DNA from: Podarcis erhardii | Taxonomy: Eukaryota | Assembly (NCBI GenBank): GCA_964252035.1 | Contig: OZ176211.1 | Direction: 5' to 3' (one strand) | DNA: 64,000 nucleotides | Made by a program: the position numbers and the translations under genes | The notes under the pieces: model-generated | The model's input: the letters and a program-made list of their open reading frames with translations, nothing else | What the model was told of the DNA's origin: nothing | Databases searched by the model: none | Shown: positions 12,295 to 26,442 of the stretch, piece after piece | Layout: the number at the start of each line of letters is the position of its first letter | Numbering within the stretch: position 1 is the first letter of the stretch

Positions 12295-14562
12295 CTCTGT
12301 ATACCACCCTTCATCTGAAGATCACAGGGTGGTTCACAACGTAAAAATTCAGAAACCCTGGCAGCTGAGATGCCACTACACATTCTAGTACCTTGCCCAG
12401 AAATTAAATGTTGGAGGCTGGACGATAATTATCCAGTAAGGTGGGATTCAGAGAGGGCTTTTCAGTAGAGGTCTTATAACTGCCCCATTTATTTATATGC
12501 ATTGTTGTATGTAACTGTAAATGTATGCTAGTTACTTTAGGAAACCTGGAATGCATATGTGTAAAGTATGCATATAATAGGATATTTATAGTGTGCATAA
12601 GATGCATAATTGTTAGTGGTTTTAGTGGAACTGATAAAAATTTAAAAAAATTATTTGTGAGCTCAGAGGGCAAGATGGGAATTGGAAAGAATGCATGCAG
12701 ATAAGATCAACTTTGAGATTTTCAGAAAATTCCATCCCTACCAGAAAAACATCACTGTTTTCAAATAGTGCAAGAGCCTATTACATAAGCTCATTTGCAA
12801 CCATTCTCTCATCACAATTGCAATGTTTAATTTCTTTGTCATCTATTATATCAGGTCTCTCAAAATCATGGACTGTTGTCCTTATTTCTCCCTGAAGGGG
12901 AAATTTTGCTTTGTCTGTAGCTGTTCAATTCCCCTCCTCCTCTACCACCAGCCAGATATGTTGTTATGTTAAGCAGTCGAGCATTTCTACATGGTTTCTC
13001 TCAGCTCAGTCGTCTCCAGATAACACAAATGGACAGCGCTGTACATCAATCTTAAGCACAACAAACAAGCCAAGAAAATGTCGTGGTGAATTTGGAGCTT
13101 GGTAGATTGGTTTTTAATTGAGTTTATTTTAAAAGAATGAAAAACCGAAGTGTATCTCCCCCTCCCCCTCTCTCTCACACACTTACACACTTCAAATCCT
13201 TACGCTATACTGCTAATGGAATGGGAGCAGGTGGCTGATACATAAATAATATGGTTGTGTCTACTAATACTCTAATTCAGAATCTCTTGAGGGGATTAAT
13301 ATCTAGACTCTTCAAAATGATATATTGTCAAAATCTGATTGGCAGCATCTCAGTTCATCTCCCCAAAGAAATTGTGTTATCTTTTTTGCCAATCTTCTTC
13401 CTTTGTATTGTTTTTCCTTCCCACCTAGAAAACTTTAAAATCATTTGACGTACACATCTCTAGTTAATCAGGAACTCAAATAATATAACTTATTTTAAGG
13501 CTATAAGGTCAAGCCTCAAGATTTAACTAGCTTTTTAGGGTGCCTTTATGGTACAGTACTTTAGGTTCTCTACAGATAAAGGAAATTCAGCACTCAATGG
13601 TTATTGCTGAATGGACTCAACCCACCAGTCAATCTTCCATGCTCTTGACCAGCTCCCATTCATGTTAATGGGGCTAATAGAACATATTAGTGGATTGTGT
13701 CCTTTGTGTGTGTTGTTTGTTTCTTTGTTTTTACATGAGATTTTTGTGGTATCTGGTGACATTTCCCCCTTGATAAATGTTCCGGGTATTATCCAACGTT
13801 AGTCATACTTAGAGTAGTTGGCATCTGTATCTTACTCAATCTAATTTAAACAGATCTTAGTCAAGGAGTTGTAGTTTTGTAGGTGAAGTAGGAACAAAGC
13901 AGTCCCATAGTTTTTTAATATCTGCAGTCCCCTACATCAAGGATGGGGAGCCTACAGACCTCCGCTTATTGATAGACAACAACTCCCACCATCTCTTACA
14001 ATTGACTATGATTGTAAGGGACTGGGGTAGTTGTAGTTCAACAACAACTGGAGGACCTATGGTTCCTGGTCACTGTCCTATATCTTTAGGGCAGATGAAA
14101 ATTGAACATCATCTTGTCATGGAAATGCAGAATTTAGGAAGGCTTTAACTTGTGGTTTTTATGTCTGTTATGCTGGTGTCATAGGCATCAGAGGTGTGTA
14201 GAAAAAATGTTGGCAACCCTAAGAGATGCCCTTACCATCAGGTTTCTTCCCACCAGCTTTATCCCTTCAATCACGTGCCTTTCTATAGTACACTACCCCC
14301 ACAGTTCCTCTTTATACCTCTCATTCTGTGGCTAGTTATTCTCCATAATCCATTCTGTTCTGTAAACACAGGTACAATCCACCAATTGACTTTCTAAACA
14401 GAAAAAAATCATTCACATGTAGCATTAACTGTGCCCCTTAGCTCAGATAGCACAGAATTGACCTCAGTTGGTAGGCACCAGCTGAGCTTTCAACTTCAGA
14501 AATGACAATAATCTATTAATGGGCCACAGAGTTTGTTGTAGGTGGATCTAACCTGCTCTGCC

Positions 14563-14697
14563 AGGGGTGGGCAACCTATGGACCTTCAGATTTTGCTGGA
14601 CTACAGATCCCATAATCCCATAAACCATTGGCTGTGCTGTCTGGGGCTGGTGGAAGTTGGAGTTCAACAACATCTGCAGGACCATAGGTTCCCCATG
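14563..14697. mobile_element. Small hAT-type MITE (CAGGG...; related copies at about 1350-1445, 13940-14075 and 56640-56780)
   Basis: Quasi-palindromic caggggtgggcaacct...ctggactaca...ggagttcaacaacatct...aggttcccca. Confidence 0.55.
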
Positions 14698-17600
14698 AGA
14701 ACTGCAAAATGAGAAATGCACTCATTTTGGTTTAGAAATGAAGACATCAAATAGCCCAAGGCTTCCTCACAAGTGGATTTCCTGGAAACACTCACACCCC
14801 GCAAGGCTGAACTTGGGTTTTCCCCAAAGCAGAGCAGGTTTTGTCAATTTCCGTCTCAGCATCCTGCTATATAAGTCTAGTTACAGTGCTTCTGTTCCAC
14901 ATTTCATACATTCTTCTGGACATGTAGTACTAAAACTTCAGTATTATTATTAAGCAGCCTGTGCATTTTGTTAAAGAAATAAATGAAATGAATGCCAAGC
15001 TTAAAAGCACTACTCTTTAGATCACGGCCAGGTCCTTGCTGTACCTGGTAGGAGCAGATGTGTCAACTTTTTGTTTCCTCAAGATACTTCACAGGCCTTT
15101 GGGACTTAAGAGTGCCAATTACCTGTGAAATAACAGATGGCCTCTTTGATTAGCCCAGATGAGTAAAAACACAATTGCCCCTAACAAAGGATTGTGATTA
15201 GTTTAGTTACACAACAATAGAAAAAACTCTTAACAGCTGTACGTAGAAACAAATGAAGGGTTTGTTTATTTATTTCACTTCATTATCTTCTTTCAGCATC
15301 ACACAATGCCATCTTAATATTAGGACCACAAATTGTACAGGTTCCTTTTCACCTCTTTTTGGCAAATCACTTTTTGCAATTAAAGGAATGGATTAATAAT
15401 TGCTCCCCAAAGGAGCAGTAATAAAGGCTTAGTGCGGGTTTACATATAATTATTGCATTTGTTCCAAAAGTCTTAGCATAAATCATTAAACATATGTTTT
15501 AACTAATTTCTTTTTAAGTAATCTTCCTCTTAAAAGGATTTTCTTTCTTCCTCTTTTGTATGTCATTCATTTGGTGGTTCTGTGCATTTTTTTTTCTTAT
15601 TTTTTTTTGGTATGCCTGATAATGACTATAGTAAAATTTGTTAACGGTGTACGAAGGCGTGTTGCTTCATCAAAGACTTTCCAAGGATGAGCTTTTCTGC
15701 AGGCCTAAGCAAAAGATAAATAATAAAAGAACATGCTCCTGCATTAGACACTAATACAGTTGAATGCATTAGTGCAAGGTCTGAATACATTCATGAAAGA
15801 TGACATGTAACCCCCAACCCCCCCCCCCCCGGTTCAACCCTTTTCCAGTATCCCTCATGCGTGCTTCCATGCTTGCAATTTGTGCAGCTTGTGGACAGTT
15901 CTAGCAGAGGGGAGTTCCACCCAGTTTGGGCAGCATCTTCCATGTGCTTTGACATAATCACATTATGCAACGTCAGCTGAACTGAGAAAAATGACTGCAG
16001 GCAAAGTCCCAATATCTGTTCCTGAGCAAGTTTTGTCTTCTGTTTTAGAGACAGAACACAATGGTGCCATTAGGGTTGCGCTCGGAGGCAAAGGTTTGGA
16101 CATCTGTTCCTGCTCCCTTAGCTGGTTGCCCAGATTACTTCCAATCTCTCACTAAAGTCACTGCTTGGAGTCACAGCTTTAATTTTCAAAGGCAAACATG
16201 TTGGTGCAAAAAGAAAATATAGAAGGGAGAATTACTGGATGCCAAGATCCAAGTTTGGGGCAAATACTCTTTGGTGAGAACCCCAGCAGAGATTTAAAGT
16301 CACGAAAGTAAAGTATGCAGCAAACATTGCTGTTTGAAAAGTTTTTATTCCTTTCCAGATGCAATTTTGTCAGGCTTAGCTGTACTTTTGACATGTGTCA
16401 GTGCCTATAGAAAGAAAACAGAGCCACTTTCCCAGTAAAAAGCAGGCCTTGCTAAATGGTCAAAGCAACAGGATGGAAAGGGAGGTAGGAAATCACACAA
16501 CAGTCATGGGACTAAATCCACATTGCAGTTCCACAAATCTTATTATTTAGAACTAAACCTTAACTTGCAAAGCTTTATTAAAATGGTCTTGCACACAAAC
16601 ACTTCTCTTTACTTATTCCTCCCTTGTCCAAGTATCTGAAGCTAATTTGTCATGTTGACATAGAGAGAACCAGGATTATTCAACATTGCAGAGCAAGTGA
16701 ATAATACTCAGTAAAAGCCAAGGTTGATAAGTTGGTCTGATATTTACGTTTATTTGGGATTCTCCTGATTGATCTGGGGGGAAACCCACATATATTTTCA
16801 AAATGAACTACAGCATTTGGGGTACAATAACTAAAATAGAGCATACATTTATAATTTGAGAATGAATCAATTCATGGAAATTATACCTTCCCATTTTTAG
16901 CTGCAGCATCTCATTTCCTCTTGTCGTATTTCTAATGGTGTACAAACTATTGTGCTGTATAAAATAGGAATTATTTATGACCAAGCCATTGACTTATGAT
17001 CCGTTGTTTTTTAGAAGGGAATAGCTGCCTTTGACATCTAACCCTGGAGCTCAAGGTTGAGATAAATAAAGGGCATTCCCAATGTAGGGGAGGCCATAAT
17101 AAACCTTTTTATGAAATGTCAGAAAGACACACCAGTACAATACCCTCCTTTTCTCTATATGTTGGTCACACAGCCCTCCAAGGCAGAATAAGTCATATTT
17201 TGAGTTCACTTTATTTCCCCGCCTCTTCTGGCTATATTGAGTGCATGATTATAGGAAAGGCAGTAAAGTGCTTCCATTAAAAAGAGGCTTAACCTGCGAG
17301 ACAGAGGTCAAGACACAACCTTAATCTCCATGACACAACTGTTGTATATGTGAATTCATCTATCCATCCATCTTGCTTGCAGTTGGAGCACAGGTTGTAA
17401 TCATTTCACAGGATAGTGATGTGGGAGGTTGGAATCAGAGATTTTCCATTCCAGATGACACAAAAAGATTAAAAAGAAAAAGTCCACTGTTCCTGCTCCA
17501 GAAAATAGCCCTGTAGTCTCTGCCATTCCCCCCCCCCCCAAACTAGGATTGGAGATAGGATCATACAACAAAAGTTATTTGTCTTTGTAAAGGAGATTAT

Positions 17601-17836
17601 AAAACAGCAGAATATTGGTGTGATTTTTTTCTGTGGTTCCTAGTTAGGTGGCGATTTGGGAGTGATTTTGTTTTCTAAGGCTTCATTAGTAATTCATGCA
17701 CTGGAATGACACAATAAGAGCTGCTTAGCATTCAAATGTCTGAAGCATAAGGCATGTATAAAGATAAATATTTTTAAAAATAAATATTGTAAAGCATTTA
17801 TAAAATTGTGCAGTCAGGCAGGGTTAGTATGCTATA

Positions 17837-18070
17837 CAGTGGTACCTTGGTTCTCAAACACCTTGGTACTCAAACTACTTGAACCCAAACACTGCAAACC
17901 CGGAAGTAAGTGTTCCAGTTTGCGAACTTTTTTCATATGCCAAACATGCTCCGTTTTGAGTGTTATGCTTCCGTTTTGAGTATTACGCCGAGGTCTGTCT
18001 GTTTTTGCTATTTATTTTCCGTTTTTGCAACTCTCTTTTTTGTTTTTGTGACTGTGTGGAACCCAGTTCA

Positions 18071-18106
<36 letters not shown>

Positions 18107-18325
18107 GTGACTGCAGTTTATTGCTTTCATTTTATGGCCCAATGGTCTGGTTAGATAGTAAAAATTTGTGTTAAATTGCTGTTTTAGGGGTTGTTTTTAA
18201 AAGTCTGGAACGGATTAATCGATTTTGCATTACTTTCTATGGGAAAGCGCGTCTTGGTTTTGGAGTGCTTTGGTTTTGGAACAGACTTCCAGAATGGATT
18301 AAGTTTGAGAACCAAGGTACCACTG
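17837..18325. mobile_element. Tc1/mariner-type MITE (TIR CAGTGGTACCTTGGTTCTCAAAC) containing (GATT)8
   Basis: Perfect TIRs of more than 20 bp, TA TSD; microsatellite at 18073-18104. Confidence 0.9.
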
Positions 18326-19079
18326 TACTGGCTGCTTGTGGTGCATGATGTCATAGGCACTGGTCAATAGATACTTATGTTGATACTCAAACATCAGCAA
18401 TCCACACAGCATTGTAGTGAAACAGAAAATGAAGCAAGAGCTGACTGGGTGGAAGAGAATCGCATTTCCCCAGAAATAAAAATTGCTGCTTGAATGCAAA
18501 GAAGATACAATTTTGCCATCTCAGGAGAGCAACTGCAGGGAGAAACATTTGTATCCCCCCACAACAGCTGAGTAATAACTACACATCCATCACACAATAA
18601 AACAATTGCCTAGAAATGCTCTCAGTGTTCAACGTGACTGATGTTCTTTCCAAGAGTAAATAGCTGTTATGGAAAGAATAATTCAAAGGAAAACTTTTTT
18701 TTTTTTAATATCCATTTCGGTCACCTTGAAGAAGCAAATCTGGCTGTTCAGCTGAAATCCTAGTGAGGATGAAAGATTTATTGCAGATTTCATGATTCTA
18801 CACCACTTCATACTTATTGATTGCATTATTAGATGGCTTTCACGTTAAAGTCTCCCTTTGTGTAAACAAGTGGGGGGGGGGAGCAGTTTCATGTCAGAAG
18901 GCTCCAGTCTGAGTTATGTAAGTTTATCTGAATATCACAAACAAGCCCGCGTGTGCACCTATCCATCCTATACATTAAGGAACCAAGGGTTCATTAATCC
19001 CAAATGGAATGTCTGTAAGGTCCCAACGTTCAGGCTCCGATGTTTCAAAATCACAAAATAGTGTGTCTAATGAACCGGC

Positions 19080-19390
19080 CTGGATCCTGTGAACATCATC
19101 AGAGGCCCTTCTTTGTGGGCCTCCTCCACGAGACGTCTGGAGGGTGACAACATGAGAACGGGCCTTTTCTGCAGTAGCTCCGCGTTTGTGGAACCCTCTC
19201 CCCAGGGAGGCTTGCCTGGTACCTTCATTATACATCTTTAGGCGCCAGGTGAAAACCTTCTTCTTCAGTCCGGCTTTTGCCTAATGAACATTCTGTGTCC
19301 TTTTAAATGTCTTTGTTGGGAGCTGTGTATTAGTGTTTTGTTTTGTTTTGTTTGTGTTTTTGTTATTATGTATTTTGTGTTTTTATTTTG
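19080..19390 (+). mobile_element. L2 3' fragment
   Basis: gaggcccttct...gggccttttctgcagtagctcc...tgtggaaccctctcccc...tttaggcgccaggtgaaaacc, followed by a T-rich 3'UTR. Confidence 0.7.
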
Positions 19391-19681
19391 TATTTTTATG
19401 CAAATTTCTTTGAATATAAACAGTATTGTATGCAATTTTGCCTAGCGTATACATGACTTGGCTGGACAACCACATTGCAAAAATTCAAGGAAAGGCAAAT
19501 TTCAAGGGATGGTTGTGTTTTGCCTTGTGTATTATTTTGGTGTGAATTCAGTCAAGCGGCCTTTAAATGTGAATTGAATTGAACTGGATTTCTGCCCCAT
19601 CTCTTCATCCAACCTTTCATCCACAACAAGACAATACCAACGCAACATTTCACAACAATGCCTTGTCAGCACAGCATGCTA

Positions 19682-20040
19682 GTAAAAGGTAAAGGGACCC
19701 CTGACAGTTAAGTCCAGTCGCAAACAACTCTGGGGTTGTGGTGCTCATCTTGCTTTACAGGCTGAGGGAGCCGGCGTTTGTCCGCTTCTGCAGACAGTTT
19801 TTCTGGGTCATGTGGCCAGCATGACTAAGCTGCTTCTGGCAAAGCCAGAGCAGCGCACGGAAACACTGTTTACCTTCCTGCTGGAGCGGTACCTATTTAT
19901 CTACTTGCACTGCATGCTTTCGAACTGCTAGGTTGGCAGGAGCTGGGACCGAACAACGGAGCTCACCCCATCACAGGGCCTCGAACCGCTGACCTTCTGA
20001 TAGGCAAGTCCAAGCGGCACAGTGGTTTAAACCACAGCGC
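19682..20040 (-). mobile_element. Sauria SINE
   Basis: tRNA-like head (rc of gcgctgtggtttaaaccac...ggttcga), core ctagcagttcgaaagca, (ACCTTT) tail. Confidence 0.92.
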
Positions 20041-21052
20041 TAACTACCCACAAAATAAACCTGCATCTTAAACATAGAAGCAGTCGTGACAGAGTGTATT
20101 CAGAGGTACAAATATGTCTATTGTCTTCAGCAACCTATAGTCTATCTATCCTGGCCTGTGAAAACATAACAAAACTCTCTCTTAGTTTATATGTGTACCC
20201 TGAATTTGTTGGGTGATCCAACCCATAAAATTGGATTTACACAGCCATAACATAGTAGATCCTCCCCTTCCTCTAATACAAGTTAATGGCTTGTTTCATC
20301 TGTAGACAATCTGCATAATATAGGCAGATCTGCTTATGAGCATGTCAGCTTCTTCTGATAGTCCCATCAGGGGCCCTGATGAAAGGGAGAAACCTTCAGA
20401 TACAGATGGGGAATCATCCTTCATCTTTCATTCTGCAAACTGCCAGACAAACAGAAGCCCCCATAGACAGGGGTGGGGGTTGCTGGAGTAGAACTGCAGC
20501 CCTTAACTGCAATTGATGTACAGATGCAACTCCCACTGGGAACTGGTTCAAACAGATTTGCTAATGGTGAATAATTAAGAGCAAAATAAATAATCAATAA
20601 TGCCCAGTACTTGTTGAGTCAATTGAGGTGGGGGATGGAATTCAATACTGTGAAGCATATTGGAAAGGATGGGAAGGGGGGGGGTAGCAGTATCACATCA
20701 AGGGTTTCTTTTTTAACTGACTGGTCACTTTGGTGATTTTGATTGACTGGCAGCTTTTCAGGGGTTGGGGGGAAAGGTTAGGAGTCTCAGACCTACCAGA
20801 AAGAGCTGTGAGTAGGTCACCCGTCCTCATTTTGAAGGCCAGAGAAGGCTGCAGGCAGAGCCTTTTCATCCAAACTTCCCTGCCATTCTCTTTTTGTTCC
20901 TTTTCTACTTGAGCAGTTTTCAAAGGCCCCCAAATTGAGAGTAGAAAAGGTGGGAGAGAAACAATTCCTTCCTCGTCTCCAGATCTAGTAGTGAATTTAA
21001 AGGGGAAATGTGCAGGAGGGGGCGGAAACGCCTTCAGGTTGCAACCTGTCGC

Positions 21053-24000
21053 TTTTTTTTTTTTTAATATATTTTATTGAGGGTTTTCTTGTTTTACAGT
21101 GTAAGTGTAATGCCTCGTGTATTTTTTCCCCCCCCGTGTAACATTTTTACAAATCCATTTCATTTGTTGAGGCATTAGGGGGAGAAGAAAAAAGAAAAGA
21201 AAAAAAAAAGAAGAAAGGAGGGTGGAAGGAGGGGAGATGGATGGGGGTGGGGTGGGGTAGCGGTGTTTCTATTATGCTTAATGTATGTAGTTTGGTGTCA
21301 GCGTGCTTGTGTTGTTCACTTGTGTTCCTTTGGTGGTGAGAGAGGTTGGGGTTGGCCTAGGATGTGATTGTTTGTTTGTGATTGGCTGTGGTGATCTTTG
21401 TTTTCGTGTGTGAGTGAGGTGGGTGGGTGTTTTGGATCAAGTTAGCCATATTGATTTTTATGCTGTTGGTGGATTATTGTCATTGTCCTGTTGGGCTGTG
21501 TATGTGATAAAGGGGAGCCATACCGGGGTGAAGGTGTCTTCTTCTGTTTGTCCCCGTGTCAGTTTCAGTTTGTTAGTTAATTTTTCTAGTAGGGCTGTTT
21601 CCCATACTATTTGGTACCATTGGTCCATGCTTACTCCTGACAGGTCTCTCCAGTGTCTGGTTATGGTGTTTCTGGCTGCTGAAAGTAGGTGGGTTATGAG
21701 TTCTTTGTGGAGTAAATGGGCATTGTTGTCTTGGAAGATGTTTAGTAGGGCCAATTCTGGGGTGAAGTCTAATACTTGCTTTGTTATTTTACATATTTCT
21801 TGTATGGCTGTTGTCCAGAATAGTTGGATTTTGGGACACTCCCACCACATGTGGAGGTATGTGCCTGTGGAGGTGCACCCTCTCCAGCATTTTGGTGAGG
21901 TTCCTGGGTGTATTAGCGCTAGTTTCCTTGATGTTAGGTACCACCTGTAGGTGAGTTTCAGTGTGAGTTCTTTTCTTTTCGTCGATATGGATTTAAAGGG
22001 GGGTTTAGACCACATTCTGGTCCATTGAGTGGGGTTAATCTCATAGCCTATGTCATTCTCCCATTGTTTTTTGATTGCGTCTAGGGGATTTGCGGGATTT
22101 TGGAGTAGTATTTTGTATATTGCGGATACCGTCCCTTTACCATTTCCCTTTGTTGTTAGGAGGAGGTTTTCAAAGGTTGTCAGGGGCCTAGTTGCTGCTG
22201 ATTTTACTGTTGGGTTGTTTAAGAGGGCATGTAGTTGGTGTTGTGTTAACCAGGGCATTTGGGTGTCTTCTAGTTTGTCTTGTATTTCTTGTGTTGACAA
22301 GGGTTTGTTATTTTTATAAAAGTCTATTAGGCGATATAAGCCTTTGGTTCGCCAGGCTTTTATCTGGAGGTTTTGTGCTGCATGGTGGAATAATGGGTGG
22401 TACGCCAGGGGGATTAGTGGGGATGGGGTTGGGGATAGTTTGCCTATTTGTGTTTTCCATGCTTTGAGCATGGTCTGTGTGTACCTGTTAAGTGTTGTGG
22501 GAATTTTCTTTAGTTTGTTTGGGAGGAGTGGGTATGTTGTGGTGCAGGTATTTTCAATTGTGTCCCTCTCTAGGTGTACCCATTGTTTTGTCTCATCTTC
22601 TAGTATGTATGGAATTACATGACGTATTTGGTTGGCAATGTAATATGCTTCTATGTTGGGGATTCCCCATCCTCCTTCTGAGGTGGGGAGGTGCAGGTAT
22701 TTGGGGCTTATTCTTGGTTTTTTATGTGAGAAGATGAAAGAGTGTAGTTTTCTCTGCCAACTGCGGAGTTGGGTTGAGGGGATCCAGATTGGGAGGGTTT
22801 GGAATAGGTAGGTTAGTTTTGGGAGTGTGATCATTTTGATCATGGCTATTTTGTCTGAGAGAGTGAAATTCGTGTTATTCCATCTCTTTAGGTCTTTGTT
22901 AATTTGCCGCCACAGGGGCTTGTAGTTGTGGAGGTACAATTTGTTGAGGTTTCTGGTTATTTGTACCCCTAGGTATCTGAACTTGGTGTGGCAGAGTTTT
23001 ATTTTGGTGACCTTCGTGAGCTCTTTTTGGGTGTGAGGAGGGGTGTTGAAGCACATAGCTTCTGACTTTGTAAAATTTACCTGTAGGCCCGACACCATTG
23101 CAAATTTGTTGAGTTCTCTGATTAGGGAGGTTGCTGTGCTTATGGGGGTCTGGTGTTGTCACCATTAGGTCATCTGCAAAGAGCCCTAATTTATAGGTTC
23201 TGCCTTTTATTTCCACTCCCTTGATGTCTGTGGCTGCTCGGATGCGGATTGCTAAGGGTTCCAGAGCCAGGATAAATAAGAAGGGAGACAGTGGGCATCC
23301 TTGTTTCGTGCCTCTTTGGATAGCTATAGTATTAGAATCCATATTGTTAATTCTGCATTTTGCTGAGGCTTGGGAGTATATTTGTTTGAGGATTTGTAGG
23401 AAGTTGGGGCCAAATTTCATGTTAGTTAGTACTGCTAATATGTATTTCCACTCTAAGCAATCAAAGGCTTTGAGGATGTCTAGGGACATAATTGTCAATG
23501 GGAGTTTCGTTGCCTTGCTGTGTTCGATCAGGTTCAGTAGTTTCCTGATGGGGTCTGTTATATTGCGGCCAGGGACAAAGCCAGTCTGGTCTGGGGCTAT
23601 TAACTTGTGTAGGAAGATTTTTAGGCGGTTGGCCAAGATTGATGTGAATATCTTGTAGTCTTGGTTTATTAATGAGATTGGGCGGTATGATTCTACTTTG
23701 AGGCTGTCTTTTAGTGGTTTTGGGATGGAGACTATTTTGGAGTGGGTCCAGGTTTTGGGGATGGGGCCCCCTTTTATGATGTCGTTGAATAGGCGGGTCA
23801 TGTAGGGCATCAAGGGTTCTTTGAATTTCCTATAGAATTCTGCTGTGAAGCCGTCTGGGCCTGGGGCTTTGTGTGGTTTCAGGTTTTTGAGGACCACATC
23901 TATTTCCTCTGGGGTGATAGGGCTGTCCATGAATTCCTGTTCCTCATCAGTTAGGGTAGGCATGGTCAGTCCTGCTAGAAATGTTCTGATTTCCTTCTCT

Positions 24001-24205
24001 GGTGGGTTATGGGAGGTGTATAGGTTGGAGTAGAATTCTGCAAATTCTGAGGTTATTTCTTCAGGGGAGGATGTTATGCTGCCGTTTTTTTTGGTGATGC
24101 AGTGTATTCTTGTTTTGAGTGCTTTTTTCCTACATCTATTTGCTAGTAATCTGGAGTTTTTCCCTCCATATTCATAGAAACGTTGTTTAGAATATAGAAT
24201 GCTGA
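21053..24205 (-). mobile_element. Young 5'-truncated L1-clade LINE (ORF2 RT to C-terminus, 3'UTR, poly-A)
   Basis: RT motifs PGPDGFTAEFY, YRPISLINQDYKI, DQTGFVPGR, QGCPLSP, LFADD; C-terminal CWRGC...HMWWEC zinc knuckle. AATAAA (tttatt at 21073-21078) and poly-A (T-run 21053-21065). No clear TSD. Confidence 0.95.
21458..24205 (-). CDS. L1 ORF2 (partial, about 915 aa) split into two ORFs by one +1 frameshift in the G5 run at 23144-23148
   Basis: ORFs 22899-24209 and 21458-23098 join as ...FADDLMVTTPDP/ISTATSLIRELNKFAMVSGLQVNFTKSE... if one G is removed. No internal stops in the joined frame. Confidence 0.85.
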
Positions 24206-26442
24206 TCACCTCAACTGCAAGTTGCCTCCTCCCATCACCTCCTTTTTACAATGGTGCATTTGCAGCTTTAGTTTTTTTGTCATAAAGAAAGAAACAAAAT
24301 CATAAAGATGGGGTTTGAAGCATAAAGGGGAATTATTTACATAAAGGAGACATTTTACATCTGCTGGGTGATACGGTATTCCTTTAAAGTGAACGTGATG
24401 AAAGGCTCCTGAGCACGTTTGTCACATCTGAAGTCAGAGCATTTTATCGCACATTGAATATATTAGATTTAATCTCACGGAGACTTTGAATCTTGTGTCG
24501 GGTCATGGGCCCCTTATTTGCAAGGCCAGCTCTGATGCTTTGTTTATGAGCCCAAATGTGAACGTAGAGCTGAAGGGAGGTTTGATCTCAAATCAGAGAT
24601 CAGAGCATTTGGTGTGATAGGTAGCAAGTAGTGCAGAAAAATTCTTGATGGCTGCAAATTTGTTTTAGGGGCCCCCACCCCTGAAATCAGAACAAATTAA
24701 AACTTGACATTATTGGGGCTTGCCTACACTACGGACTTAAAAGGGGTAGCTGCCAATTCCCAGGAAAAACAAGGGTGTGTGTGTTTAGGTCACAACGTGT
24801 GTGCCAGGCATGCCCTGCTCCAGACATACAATTCACCATGGTAGGTATACACTGTTACATTTGTAGAGCCCCTCACACCTGCTAAACACCTGGACAGTGG
24901 GGTGTGGCAGGCTGGCCCACAGGGCTTCGCAACCCCCTGTGGGATTTACAATTTGGGGCACTGTAAATATTAAGCGGGATATCGTATTTTGGCAGCCAAG
25001 TAAAAGGTTTGCAAGAAACCAGCCAGAGAATAGATAAAATACTCACCCAGGAAAAGACTACTGGATAGGGTAAGCTGAGCAACCAGTGAAAACTTCATCA
25101 AGAATAAGCAGTTAACAAGCACAGAATAACTTTTTCATAGGTGTTGATGAAGCAGATGTTTATGTACACATGGTGAACAATGACTACTCATGTGCAGGAT
25201 CTGATTTAACATTCCAATATGGGGAACAAATTCAGAGATGGGGGATGTTGATCAATTTGTAATGCAGCTAAGCATTTCAAGCAGGACATACTCGTATACA
25301 GAACAAAGTAATTATAAACGTGCACGTTACAAAGGAAGTTAGGCTGGCAAGCACATGAGCCAGGGCTTTTTGGGTGGTGGCCCCACAATCTTGGAATACT
25401 GTCTCATGTTATATTAGGGAGTCCTCATCCATGGATATTTTTATACAAGCCTTAAAAACCATGTTACATTGGCTTACATAAACTAATAGTTGCTGTGGCT
25501 CTGATTGTGTGGTCTGGTCTTGATGGCTGTATTGCTAGTTTTAATAATATGGGTTTGTTTTGTTAAGATGCTTAAATGTTGTTTATTGTTTTCTTGTACT
25601 ATAATGTGAACCACCTTGGGAAGAATTTTTGTTCTAGAATTTTATTCAAGATTGTGCAGGAATTTATTAGATCAAAAAAATTCAGGACGGCCACCAGAAA
25701 TAAAGGGGAGACACCCCACCCCCAAAACCCCATAAACAGTCCAATGAGGACTATGTATGCTTAGTGTGTGAATAATGCTAATGGACTGTTGCAAGGAATG
25801 GGAAAATGGGAGGGACATTGAGGGTCTTAAGCAGACATTCTCCACACTGCAACATTTTGTTGCAGGTCTCAGTAATCTTTTCCATAATTCTGCTGATTTC
25901 TGTTTGTAAGGGCCCTGAATGATGTAGGCTTGAGATGCTGGTTGCAAGGCTCACACAACTGAATGCTCTTGCATATATTTTTCAATAGTTTTTATTAAAG
26001 ATTTTCAAAAAACAATCCCTAGAGCTAGATGTGAAGGAGAATGTTCCAGCTCAGCCATAATACCTAGTTTGTAATGCCCAGTGACTTTTTGTTTTCATCT
26101 GTTTTCCTTTGATCTAGGACACTGTTGGCATCTTCCTCCTTCAGACATAATGAACGATGCAGTGTTGGGGACCTGTCAGCTCCACTGTACTCTTTTGTTT
26201 TCTATTCATCATTATGTCTTAGCTGTCCTCTTTAATTTAGCCAGAGTTCAGTGTGGGGCACAGGATGGAAATCACTCATTGCTGAAGACAATACCTTGGC
26301 TCTGCATGGAGATTTCACACATCCATTTATCATCACGTGTATATTTATACACAGTAGATGCAGCTGTTAGGATTAGAAAGAACATTTAAGGTAATCATTC
26401 CTATAGCTCATTCAGCGATTAATAGCTTATCTATGGCATAGA

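Noticed and set aside
20376-20400. Hammerhead-like CTGATGA...GAAA
   Set aside because: Only 6 nt between the motifs, no stem II, and no pairing stems I/III.
21414-24033. Plus-strand ORFs (178, 145, 92, 91, 89 aa and others)
   Set aside because: Antisense shadows of L1 ORF2.
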